This document shows, piece by piece, positions 49,547 to 62,700 of a DNA stretch of 64,000 nucleotides. The notes beneath the pieces were generated by a model. The model saw nothing but the letters and a program-made list of their open reading frames with translations, ran no database searches and had not been told where the DNA came from. Position 1 is the first letter of the stretch, and every line of letters starts with the position of its first letter. The position numbers and the translations under genes were made by a program. Source of the DNA: Elusimicrobiota bacterium (lineage in GTDB: Bacteria; Elusimicrobiota; Elusimicrobia; F11); assembly GCA_046153645.1 (NCBI GenBank), contig JBJXGI010000053.1, positions 27,022 through 91,021 of the forward strand, read 5' to 3'.

Positions 49547-50713
49547 ATGCTAAAAGACCGCTACTTAAGTGCTCCTATTGTTGAAGATCTTAAAAACAAG
49601 ATGGTATTCATTGGCGGCCCCCGCCAAGTAGGAAAAACAACTCTCAGTGAAACTCTTATTGCCCATCATTACGCCAAAACCGTTTATTTGAACTGGGATC
49701 AACGCCAAGACCGACAAAAAATGATGGCTTCCGAATGGCCTGGGGATGCCAAGTTAATTATTTTAGATGAGGTTCATAAATATAAAAAATGGAAACAGTT
49801 AATCAAAGGCGCCTACGATACTCACAAACATCACTTTTCTTTTATTGTCACTGGAAGCGCGCGACTTAACCTCTATCGAAAAGGCGGGGATTCGCTTCAA
49901 GGACGATATCATTATTATGTCTTACATCCGTTCAGCTTAGCCGAACTATCCAACATTTACCAAAAACAAACCCCCTTTTCTGAACTCAACTTTAGGTCAC
50001 CACTCCCTGAATTAAAAACACTCAATCAATTCGGTGGATTCCCAGAACCTTTATTGAAGCAAAATGAACGCGATTTAAGGCGTTGGCATAACGAACGGAT
50101 AGATCGTCTTTTTAAAGAAGACATCCGTGACACCAGTAATATCAAAGATATTGAAACGATGAAATTGTTAGGGGATCTTCTCCCTGCTCGATCAGGGTCA
50201 CTTTTGTCTATCAACTCTCTAAGAGAAGATTTAGAAGTCAGTCACCGATCCGTTTCGAATTGGTTGAATATTTTGGAATCTTTTTATTATGCCTTTCGAA
50301 TTTACCCCTATACAAGAAGTGAAATTCGCTCTCTCAAGAAAGAATCTAAACTCTATTTATGGGACTGGTCAGAAATCTCAGAGGAAGGCCCTCGTTTTGA
50401 AAACCTTATTGCTTCTCATTTGTTGAAATTTTCTGACTATTTACATGATCGAGAAGGCTATAAAACAAAACTATACTTTTTAAGAGATCTCTCAAAACGA
50501 GAGGTTGATTTTATTCTTACTATTGATGGGAAACCTTGGTTTGCTGTCGAAGCAAAAACACAAGACAAAACCCCTTCCCCTCATCTTAAGTATTTCAAAA
50601 ACCAATTTAAAATTCCTTTTAGTTACCAAGTCATTCAAAAAACAGGCACTGATGTTTTTAAAGATGACATTCGAGTCATATCCGCTGACAAATTTTTATC
50701 TGCTTTGGCTTAA
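49547..50713 (+). CDS. AAA_14 ATPase with DUF4143 (paralog of 17849-19069)
   Basis: GPRQVGKTTL, LDEVHKY, VTGS, KGGDSLQGRY, GFPEP, FEN, REVDF..VEAK. Confidence 0.9.
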   Translation: MLKDRYLSAPIVEDLKNKMVFIGGPRQVGKTTLSETLIAHHYAKTVYLNWDQRQDRQKMMASEWPGDAKLIILDEVHKYKKWKQLIKGAYDTHKHHFSFIVTGSARLNLYRKGGDSLQGRYHYYVLHPFSLAELSNIYQKQTPFSELNFRSPLPELKTLNQFGGFPEPLLKQNERDLRRWHNERIDRLFKEDIRDTSNIKDIETMKLLGDLLPARSGSLLSINSLREDLEVSHRSVSNWLNILESFYYAFRIYPYTRSEIRSLKKESKLYLWDWSEISEEGPRFENLIASHLLKFSDYLHDREGYKTKLYFLRDLSKREVDFILTIDGKPWFAVEAKTQDKTPSPHLKYFKNQFKIPFSYQVIQKTGTDVFKDDIRVISADKFLSALA

Positions 50714-53700
50714 GCGGCCACTAATACACTTCGGAAGAAGTCAACCAAAGAATTGACTTGTAAAACATCCAACGGCGGGAACAGAATAATTTGGTTGTTA
50801 CGTGACAATCCAACCGCTAATTGAAACCCATGAATAAAGATGAGCGGATACTGACCCTGAAATGAAGCAAGCTCTTCTTTCGAAATAGTGGCGTCTTTAA
50901 ATTTATTATTCTCAACACGAACATCAAAAATAATTTCTGATTGATCTTCTAAGAGTTTGTATTTTCTTAACAACGTTAAAGCCTTCTTCACTTCATCTTC
51001 CGTTTCTGTTGAATCAACAACGATATCAGTAGAAACATGAAGCCCTGCTTCCATCAAACGTGCCATAACGGCAACACGAGTTACCTTTTCAGATTTTTCT
51101 CCTTTCAACAACAATAAATGCTTATTTGATACCTTTGTTTCAGATCTCCGCTCTCCGACTTGAATTCCTTTGGCTATGATGAGTGCCATTAACATTTCCA
51201 CCAATTCTTCTATTTCTTCTTGATTGAACTTCTTTTTATTTTCCTCTTTTATCTTTGCTGTAAGCCCCTGTACCAAACTTCCTTCAAAATCAGAATCTTT
51301 GACCCACTGAGATAGCTGCGCTATCAATGCAGCCTCATTATCAAATTGAGCTTGACCTGTTTGTCCGACACCAAATGGTTTTATTTCACCTAACACATCA
51401 CTAATATTATTATTCACAAGACCTGCACCCAATTGAGAAAGCCATTCACTCCCCTTCTCTCCCCTCTCCCGTGGCAACGGGAGAGGGTTAGGGTGAGGGA
51501 TCAATCCAGCTACCTCTACCAAAACCAACACCACCACCAAACCCACAACCAAAGGCGCATAAATAACACTTAAGACAATCCCCACCAGAGCCCCAGCCTG
51601 AACTCCATAAGCCACAGTTTCTCTTTTAGAAACATAGGCATGTGTCAGTTCATGAATGGGAACAAGGAATATGTTTAGGAAAAAATGTGTGCCAAACCGA
51701 ACAATAAAGCGGGGATGAGTGAGAAGACGAAAAAGAAAGGGATTCACTACAAATTGCGCAGGCGTTGTTTCTGTTTTTGGTTTGAATTCGAGAAAGTCAA
51801 TTCCTCTAGATGAAACAGCGTCAAAACCATATAACTTTAGCTTGCCATTTAGCTGTGTAGATGGCTCGCCAGCCAGCTCTGTGGCTGGAGGCCCCGTTTC
51901 TCCTGTTCCTCCTAAATATTTTTCTATCCTGATAAACGAAAAAACAGTCAACCAGAGAAAACCGAAGAAACTCAAAACAATCAGTGACACTGTTTTTATA
52001 AGCCCAGCTGTTTCTCCCTCACCGAGTAATCCAACAATGAGTCCAGTGATAGAAACAGGAGCAATCACAGCCAGTGTAAGTGAGGCATTTCTCAGGTTGA
52101 TGGGGTTTGTAACAACTTCAGAACCAGTATCGTTAACATCAAGCTCATAGAATATCTCCAACTCTTTAACTGCTTTAAATATAGACCTCCATGCTACCTC
52201 TTGATCAACTATACGTTGATTCATCTCATTTATGGACTCAGGAACGTCTTGTGGTCCAATAGCAATCGCTGGATTATTTTCATCTAAACCATATTTTTGA
52301 AAAAGAGTAGCAGTTATTATGCCGGAAGGTATTTTCTGGGAGTGAAAATCCCCAATAGGATAGTACAATCTGCTTCCTGCTGGAGCGCTTCTAGAAAGAC
52401 GAGACCGAACGTGAACCAATTCGTCCATTGGCGTAATACGATCTCTCAAAGGGGTTCGGTATTTCCGAAAAATCTGTTCTCCAGAAAGTCCATCTGTCAC
52501 TGGAACCGTATATTCAATAGTGTCACCAACTTCACCAAGAAGAACAAAACTATTGGATTGGAATGAATGTTTATGTGATCCATCAAAAACTTCTGGAGTT
52601 CTCGGTAGAGAAGGATCCCACACATGAAATCTAAGACCTCCAGAATTTTCCCATCGAGTTTGACCTGTAATAACTAATTGCAAAAAACCCTGAGGATGTA
52701 ATTTAACGAGAGTTTTCCCTGCGTATAGCGTATGAATCTCTGAAATGAGCATTTTGACCAATTTTTTTAACTCATTCTTATTAATTTCTATCGGAGAATA
52801 CCGATTGTTCTTTATACTCTCGTCCTGAGAGGTTACGATTTGTTGGTACAATATTTCCAAATCAGAATCCCTTTTATCAGGCCCAAGCCCCTGCAAAGGT
52901 TCCCCCATGTAATCTTGCCAGGCGCGTTTCATTTCTTCACGTGTATAAGACTCAATGGCTCTCTCACCCATTCCATTAGTAAAAGTTTCCAATTCATCTT
53001 TCTTTCGCCCATGATCAGCAATGGCCTGAGAATTTAATTGTTTCATGGCAACTTCATAGGCTTTATCATCTGCGACAAAACCGTCTGCTAACTCTTTTAA
53101 TCTAACCTTATCGGGAACTGGTTTTGATAATTCTTTGTGTAATTCTTTTAGGCGTGCTGATTGTTTATTGGCATATTCTATTTGTACTTTGTTTCTTTTT
53201 TCTCCCATAGCAAGTCGATACCGCAATTTCTCATCAACACTATTAAAATGAAGGGTGCTATCATCTAACCACAAATCATCTTTCCCTAAATTCATATCTC
53301 TTATCAACTCACTCACTTCCAAAGCACCATCACCATCACCAATCCCACGATTTAAAAGATGCATTCTCCAATTTTTACCTCTCATTTCCGGGGGGAGATT
53401 GCGCCGTAAAAATTCAGCCATTTTTTTTGCTTGAGCCAATTGTTTACCCGGAATAAATTGAGCGATGACTTTTAGTAAAGCAGCATTTAATTGTTCTCTT
53501 AAAAAACTTAACTCAATAGATGATCGATAAGGATCCGACATGCCCTCCAAATGAAAAGGCATTGGCATTCGCTTTAAGACATTATTCTTTTCTCTATAAT
53601 ACGCCATCCATATAGGGTCGTTTCCGTCAATCAGCTTTCTTATTCTTTCATACTCCCGAGATAATGTTTGAGAAAAGGCTTCCCTCACAGACGAGAAATT

Positions 53701-56700
53701 TTCTTGTTTCCATGTGCTTGCCAACCAATGAGATGCCAACATGTGCGCCATATCGCCTTCTTTTTCTTCAGTTGAACCATATCTCATTAGCGCTTTGAGA
53801 AATGCATCTTGAACATTCATCCCCAACTTTAAATAATTTCCCCATTCCGGTATTTTGTTTCCAAATAAATCGGTTAAAGAAAGGATTTGAAACGGATTGA
53901 TCGAAGAAGCCGCTGCTAGCCTGACTGTCCCACCTAAAAATTCTCTACGCGACGTAGCTTTTTTGTGTAATTCTTCCTCTGAGTGTTCGCTTTTATTGCC
54001 TTTGGCGTGATTCCAAGCGCCAACAAACATGCCAAAAACCACTAATGCCCATCCACCCATATTGGACCAAAATGAATGTGAGGAAAAAGCGAGCAGGAGA
54101 AAGCCCAACAAAGAAAAAGGAATGCCCTTATACCCTAACCAAGCCGTTTTTGTGGCAGCTTTGGATACTTGAAGATCTCTAATCTTGAATAAACCATCAG
54201 GAGTAAGAACACCTTTTTCAAAATGCCGCTTCTGAAAATAACGGAGAGAATGACGCACAAATAGATAGGTATAGATGAAAAGTGAACCGACAAAAATAAT
54301 ACCGAGAAGCGACATGACCCACGGTGGTGCCGTTGCTAAGTGACCATTCAAATAAAGGAATTTAAATAATCCTAAAACAGCGCTGGGGAGAACAACATAT
54401 AACCCCATTTGCCGAATCGCGCCTTCAAAAAATCCAACAACAGCCAATTGTCCACTTGTTCCCACTCCAAAAAATTTGACTGCTCGCATGACAAAGCGAT
54501 TGAATTTGTCATTGATAGAACCAGGGGCAGAAGGGTTCGATGTATTACTAAACTCAGAACCAGCATCACTATCTGTATCGGTATCCGAAAAATAAACAAT
54601 CCCTAATGCAGCAGGATTAATTTCATTTGTTTGGAGCCACTTATGTAACGCAGCCCCCCCTCCCCTACCCGAATACCCCAATTGGGCGGCAACAGCGGCG
54701 AAGTACGGTCTTTTGTTTTGACTTTTAATGTCTTCCACGGCTGTGCGAATTTTTAAAAGCGAATCTTCCAATGAAACAGTTCTATCAAGAATATGTCCTT
54801 CTTCTCGATAGTCCACCACTCCTAATGCGGTAAGATTAATCCCATTATGTTGTGCCCATCGTTGTAAAGCACTTGCCGCACTAGTGGCCCCATATCCTAA
54901 AGCAATACCTGCCGCCGTAAAATTAGGACTTTTTCCCTCAGAAATAAGCTTGGCAACGATATCTCGAATTTCTTTTTCTTTTTCTTCTTTGGTTTCTTCA
55001 ATAACACCCAAAGATGCCAGGTCAACATCATTTCGTTTGGCCCATTCTCTCATGCCAGTAGCATCAGAAAATCCGGCCTTTTTTTTCACAGCAACGGCAT
55101 TGGGTATTCCATTGGCTTTTTTAATTTCTCGGACAGCCTTCTTGATCTGTTTAATTCGTGTTGTTTTGTCTAATTTTACTATTACACCTAAGGCCGCCAA
55201 ATCCACGTTATGACGTTCCGCCCAATCCGACAATGTTTTCTGTCCTTTTAATCCGATTTTAAAAGCGACTGTTCTGACATTTGGCGTATTTCCTTCTTTA
55301 ATTATGTCTTCAACTGCTTTTTTAATCAGTTCAATTCGTTTTTGGTTATCAACTGGTTGAGAGACAGGATCTCTTTCTACTCCCAAAGAAGCGAGATCAA
55401 TGCCTTCTGATTTCGCCATTGTCGCCAAACTCGTTGTTACACCAATTCTCTCTTGAACCGCGGCACGAGTTGGTTTCTTCTCTTCTTTAACCAGCTCTGC
55501 AACAGCTTCCACTATTTCTTTTTTTCTTGCTTCAACATCAAACTTTTGAGGAATAACACCAAGACTGACGGGGTCCACTTTTGCGTTTGTAAACCAACCA
55601 GACAAGCTATGTCGCTTTAATCCTAGTTTTTGGGCCACGTTGCCTAAATTTGGTTCCCCTTTCTCTAGTTTAATTTTATCTACCGCATTTAAAATTTGTG
55701 ATTTACGGTCATCCACATCCACTCGCGCGGCCCCTTCGACGATAATATCCCATGAAGATAAATCGACATTGAGACTCTTCGCGAAATTTATGACTGTAGC
55801 GTAGACAACTCTAATTTCTGCTCCCACCGTTGTTGGACTCACACTCTTTTTTTCGTCTCTAAGTTTGATAACGGCCCTATGAATTTGAATGATTCTTTGC
55901 CCAATCCAATCACGAGTCTCCTCAATAATATTTTTACCATTGTTGGCACTCCGCCAAGCCTCTTCCCAATCAAAAATTTGCCGGAGTGAATATTTTTGCT
56001 CCTCTAGTTCTTTTTGAACTCTTCGTTCAGTTGCAGTCATATCTGCTGTTTTATTTTCAGTATAAATTTCACTTAAGCGACGAGCCTTATAACTGTCCCG
56101 GTATTCATTAATAGCTCTTCTCAGATAATTGAATTCCCCCAAAACCTGCTCATAATCCCAACCATCAACCCCAGCTAACTGTGTTGGTCGATCCATGACA
56201 AAATTAACTTGATCGGTTGTAAGGAAAGCAGAGTTATCGTCATCCCAAGCTTTTTTAATGGCATCAAATTGATTTTTATCCTCCACATTAAGAAACTCAT
56301 AATAATGACTTAAAATAGCTATATTCAATTCAAACATTCGATATCGACGAAGAGAATAAATGGTGGTCCGGGGAATAATAGAGGTCTCACTAATATTAAA
56401 ATCAGTTGGGCGGAGCGACTCAATATAAAACAATGATTCCAATTTACTGGGATCTAACTGCGCCTCTTCTTTTTCATCTGTCTTACGGTTTTTTTGACTC
56501 CTTCTTTTTTGCGGCTGACGAAAGGTATATCGAGCCAAAGGAATTTTAACAAAGACAGGATCCACAACCCGAACTTTGGCATAAACCGCGGCATGATAAG
56601 GTTTCGATGTAAATTCTTCTACGTTTTTTGCTGCTTTGGACCCTAACGTTGATTTGAGACTGTCTTTTGCACTCGAATTTAATTCATTTTTAATCAAATG

Positions 56701-59700
56701 AGGTATGTAAACGGGTTCATATCCCATCTCTTTAAGTATGTCATCTAAATTAGAATTACCAATAGGGGCATGCTCGGGTGAGGTTAAAATAAGAAGAGGA
56801 AATTGATCCAAATTTTCATTGTTAAGCGGAATCTCTTTTACTGGAGGAAGTACAAGCAAGTTATCGATCTCTCTCAAAGCGTCTCGTAAATCTTGAGGCT
56901 CTAATTGATCAAGAACAAAACTTGCTGCTATAACTGGGACTTGATGCGGACTGTCAAAAAAGCCATCAACAATTTTGGGAGTATTAATTTCGTCCAAAAC
57001 TTGTTTTGTCGGAGATCCCATACGACTGATGTCAGCACGCACACGCAAAGGATTGGGCGCCTGGCCATAAATATTAGGGTCTTTTTCCAAATCAATAATT
57101 TGGATTGAATGAGGATCACCATTCTCGTTTGTTTCCTTTAACGCGTGATAAACCCGCCATAAAACACTTAAATTGGCACCGATATCGAGAACGGTTTTAT
57201 TTGTTTTGATGTGATCAATAACCCACCGCGCAACCCAAAGATTCGCTTGAAAAGCAGGGGTTTTGGCTTCAATATCTATATTCACCGCCGTCGCTTTTCT
57301 ATTCGCCCAAGAAATAGCTTCCAAAATACTGCTATTTTGATAGGACAAAAGACGCTGATGAATGGTCTTTAAAAAAATGACATCTTGAAAATTAAATTCA
57401 TTTTTCTCTTCATCAATAGAACGAAGAACTCGCAGAACGCGCTGGACGTCCGGCCACGGGACAACTCGCAAACGGCGACTTCGTAATGAAGCTTCCAACC
57501 GATGAAGGTCCGTAACAATAACTTGAAATTCTCCCAAATCAATGCCATCAACTTTCTTTTTCCATTCTTGAACGACCTTTTGAAATTCGATGTCAATATT
57601 TTCTAGATCACTGAAGGTCAGTTCTGTTTCTTTACCAATAGCATAAACCTTTGATGCAATATCCAATCCCATCCAATGAATTATTTTTCCAGAAAAAACA
57701 AATCGCTCATAAGCGGATTTAAGCTCTTTTTCTTTATCGGATCGAAGTAATTGAACACGACTTTCTTCTTCTGGGAATAATTGAAGAACATCATCTGGCC
57801 CAACATAAAATATTTTTTTACTGGGAAGATGAGTGATCCGGTAAACCCATTTCGGAAAATTTCCAAAAGCGTCCGCACCCACAACAACTCCTATCTCATT
57901 AACTAGATTTGCAGTCTTAATAGTCGTGGGGCAATAAATGAGATCGGAAATATTCCAATCATTTGTTTGAGATTTCCAATCTATGGCGGTTGGATTTACA
58001 TCTTTCAGTAATTTTTGATCTCTAAAATCTGACTTAAATTCTTTCGCTACTTTTACCTTGGATTTACTAAGAGAAAACCACCCTTCTTTTCCTCTATTGC
58101 GCTGAATGCGAGCGATAATATTATAGAGACTGTGACCAGAACCGGCAGAAAACCAAATGGGGACAAGAAAAAGAACCACAACCAAAAAAATTTTAAAAAC
58201 AGGAGAGAAAAGAAGAAGCTCAATAAAAATTGAATAGGGCGGAGAAAGATTATGAAGCATTGTCGTCATCAAAGCCAGTACATCCATCACATGAACGGCC
58301 GAAACAATTCCCAATATAAGCCCCATAACAGCTCCACCATAAATGAGAGGAAGACCAATCCATTTTTGTTGCCAAGACCGTTTAGAATGATCCTCTAAAA
58401 AACCAGGAAGAAGTTGACTCACCACCTCAGTAACAAAAGGAGCAATAAAAAATTGAGTTAGTTTTCCTTGAGGATCAAAACCTAATTTTTCTGCAAATTT
58501 TTCAGTGGAATCTAAAGTGAGACTTTCAGGATTAACTGGGTTCAATCTATTTCTAAACCCCGGAAGGTTTTCTAATTCGGCTTCCACGCTATCGATTTCT
58601 TCTTGACTTCCGATTCCGCCATCGGTGAAAAGTCTTAAGCGAAACTCTAAATCTTCTAACCTTTTTATTGTTGTTTGATCGATGGTTTCGATACCAAACA
58701 ATCCTTTTTCTTTGTCTGGTAAACCATCCAGAAAATCTTGATCGTATTGTGATACTAAATCTACAATCTCTACTTTGTGTCTTTTAACTCCTATTCGGTG
58801 TATTCGGTCTATCGCTTGTAAGCGGTTTCTTATTCCGTTGTGACCGAACAGAATCGCCATATCTGCTGGCAATGTTAAACCTGCCGCCATAGAATCGTAG
58901 GTTCCTATAATTATTCTTGTATTCGCGTCTTCTCTAAATAGTCGGTAAGACTCAGCATTTTCATCTGCTTGCCCACCCATATAAATTCTGGCTCCAAACT
59001 CTTTATATCTCTTAGCTAGTATTTCTGCATCTTCACGGTGTTCTACAAAGATCACAACTTTGTTCGTTGATTTTTCTTTAAGTTTTTCTCTCAATATCGA
59101 ATCCAATAGTTTTGATTTCGGAGACTCGGCATCACTTACTTTTTTTAAGATTCTTTTATACTGGTCTCGTTTTTTTCCGGGATCTTCATCACTATCAAAC
59201 GATTCTTTTAATTCCTGCATTTGATCTCGCGATGCTTTAAAAGTGAATGCTTTAAATTCTTTGGCAGGTAACGTATTTAACTGGTCTTCTATTGGAATAT
59301 TCGGATCGGCTGTTTCAAAGAGCATGTCTTTGGTTAAGCGAATCATATTATCAATCAGTAACTCTTGAAGCATTTCTCTGGCACCAGCGTCGTTCAGGTC
59401 AATATTACTCACATCAATGCCCAATGTTTCTAGCATATGTTTGGCTTGCTCTAAATTTCCAAACGGAGTCCCGCTTAACAATAAAGTAATGAGATTCTGC
59501 GAGATGAGCTTCGCCCCTTGCACTTGTTGGGATTCATTGCTTGATGTGACACGATCACTTTCATCAACCGCAGCAAAGCCAAATTGGTCCTTTAAGTTTC
59601 GAATGATTTCTAGATTGTTTTTTAACAAATCGGCATCGACTTGATTTTTTTCACTGGCTTTATACCCTGCTAGATATCTTAATAACTCGATGTTCACTGT

Positions 59701-62700
59701 TGTACTGACGTTACGATCTTTCAGATCTTGAACTCTTTCTTCTTGTTTCCCTTCCAACTTAGAAAAAGGTTTATTTAAGAATTTATCGGATTCTCTGACC
59801 CAATTCTCTGTTAACGCATTGGGAGAAAACACCAGTGCTGGTTTACTAAGTATTAATGTTAACGCCAAAACAATGAGACTTTTTCCCAATCCTTGTTCTA
59901 GAGCCAGTAACACATTCTTCCCTTGATAGCGTGTTAAAATTTCATGCAGCACCCATTTCTGATAGAAATATAAAGTATAGGGGTCTCCTTCTTTTTCTTT
60001 AAAGATGGGGTTAATTTTCCTTACTTCTTCAAACTTATCTAAGATTCGTTGATAGATTTTCTTTAATGCAGCTTTCTTTTCTTTTTCAACAAGTCCTTTT
60101 AAATAATCAAAACCCGCTTGTTCATTCTTTGTAAAGTAACGCAGAAAGTTTTTCTCTAAGTTAAGGGAGAGAAGGTCTTGGTCGAGTTCTGAGTGGTCTT
60201 CAGCGTAATCGCTTAGGGCTTCATTAAGGGCACTGGTTTGTTGGATGTTTAACGTTTGGATGGGACCGATTTTGTTATTTTCGGTATCTAAAACTTGGAA
60301 TTGAAAAGTGTTTAATTGACCTATGAGGATTAAGGGGAGTTTAAGGGTCCATTCGCCTTTTTCTGACACAACCGCTTGTAAACGCAGAGGACCAAAAACA
60401 TTGATTTGGGCATTGGGCGGGGCCCGGCCTTTCAGAGTGACCAGTGTTTCTGATGTTTCAAATATTTCTTCTTTTTCAATGGTAGGAGAAACAGAATCGA
60501 TGTCTAAGGTGAGCGTATCGTCTAATTCATATCGAACATCGTCTCCCGCTCTTTTCCCACTCAAACCACGAATGGCACTTTGAACCAATGCATTGATTTG
60601 AGCAGGGTTTAAATGGGGGAATTTTCTCCTTACAATTTGAATAAAGAGTCGTGAGTTATTGGATTTAAGCAACCACAAGATATCTAGCAATTCGTGTTCT
60701 TCTAAAGCTTTTATGTCGGACCTTGTGGTGGGGCGAAGTCGCAAGTTCAGCCACTGGGCGATGATGGGGGCGTCTTCGGGATTGAAGGACCACACACCCT
60801 TAAAACCCAGTTGAAAAATAACACTAATATTTTTTTTCTTACCCCCTTTCATGGACACCTCTCCTATCACTTCCAAGGTTCCATTCGGTAGCAAGCGACG
60901 AGTAAAACCATCTTTCCCATCAAATTCGAGAAACTTCTTGATTTTTAAAACCAAATCATAAGTTACTCCAATAAAAACCAACTTATCATCTACTTTTAAA
61001 CCTTTTGCTGCCACTGTTACCGCTCGATCTTTCACCTCAGGATCTTGTAACAACAAAATATTATCCTTAGTAAGGTTTTTTGCAAAAAAATGATTAGTAA
61101 GAATCGCAACTTCTGTCGAATCTTTGGCATCATACGACCACACACCTTGGAGACCCAATTTGAATAAAACAGAAATATTCTTTTTTTGTCCTCCTAGAAG
61201 GGGAACCTTCGCCGTTACTTCCAAGGTTCCATCCGGTAACAAGCGACGGGTAAAACCATCTTTTCCTTTAAATTCGAGCATCTCCCTTATTATTAAAGCA
61301 ATATCCTGAGGATTTCCAATAAAAACCAACTTTTCATTGGCTTTCAGCCCTAACGATGTCACTTTCACCGTTCGAACTTTTTCCTCAGGCGATTGTGGCA
61401 ACAAAATATTTTGTTTCGTGAGTTTAACTCCCAAGAAATGATTGGTAAGAATCGCAACCTCTATCGAGTCGTTAGAATCAAACGACCAGATTCTTTCGGA
61501 ACTTAACTGAAATAGAACAGAAATGCGCTTCTTTTCTCCTCCTCGAAGAGGCACCTCTGCCGTTATCTCCAAGGTTCCATCTGGTAACAAACGACGGGAC
61601 AAACTATCTTTTCCTTTGAATTCAAGCATCTTGTTTATTTTTAAAGTATTCTCACGAACGCTCCCAATAAAAACCAACCCATCACCATCTCTAAGCCCTG
61701 ATTCCATGACCATCACGGCTTGATCTTTTGCCGTAACCTTTTGTAACAATAAAATATTCTCTTTTGTGAGATTACCTCCTAAAAAATGATTTGCAAGAAT
61801 GGCAACTCCTGTCGAGTCTTTGTCATCAAATGAACAGACTCCCTTCGCTCCTAATTGAAATAAAACAGAAATAATCTTCTTTTTTCCTTCTCGAAGAGGC
61901 ACCTCTGCCGTTACTTCTAAGGTTCCATCAGCAAACAAACGACGAGTAAACCTATCGTTTTCTTTAAATTCGAGCATCTGTTGTATTTGGCGGACATTTT
62001 TAGAACGATCCCCAATAAAAATTAATTCATTAGCTACTTTTAAGCCTAATTTTTTTACTGCTATTGTTCGACCCTCCGCCTCAGGCTTTTGTAACAATAA
62101 AATATTCTTTTTGTTAAGTTTGTCACCCAAAGCATAATTCGTTAATATCGTCACATTCTCAACATCTCTCTTATTAAAAGACCACACATTTTTTTCCCCA
62201 AGTTGAAAAACAACAGTCACTGTTATAGTCCGACCTCCGCTAATCGGTACCTCACCTGTCACTTCCATCGCCCCATTTGGTAAAAGTTTACGATTCAATT
62301 TATCTTTTGCCTCCGATTCAATCATTTTTGTTATTTTCGAAACATTGACACTGGGATCACCAATAAAAATTAACTCTCCATCCATTTGAAGTCCTGACTT
62401 TGAAATACGAATTTTATTTTTATTGGCTTTTTCAGCATTATCTTCTATTAGAGCTGCCAAAGGCAGCAAATGTCCCAGTTTCCCCAACCAACTCTCATTT
62501 GAAAACGCTCGCAAGAACAAAACAAGCGCGTTATGACTTGAATGAAGAATCGCCGAATCAAAATATGAATTTGAAGTCATAAAGCTGCCAAACACAAACG
62601 GACTCCCGAGGATTATCCCCACGAAGAAAAGTTTAAAGAACTTACTACTCAGAAAAGGTGTGTTGGGATGGAATAAAGAAAACACAACCGCACTCACGCC

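Noticed and set aside
60740..62430. CRISPR array or DGR template/variable repeat
   Set aside because: Repeats are 348-bp coding units without spacers; differences are not adenine-specific and no reverse transcriptase is present.
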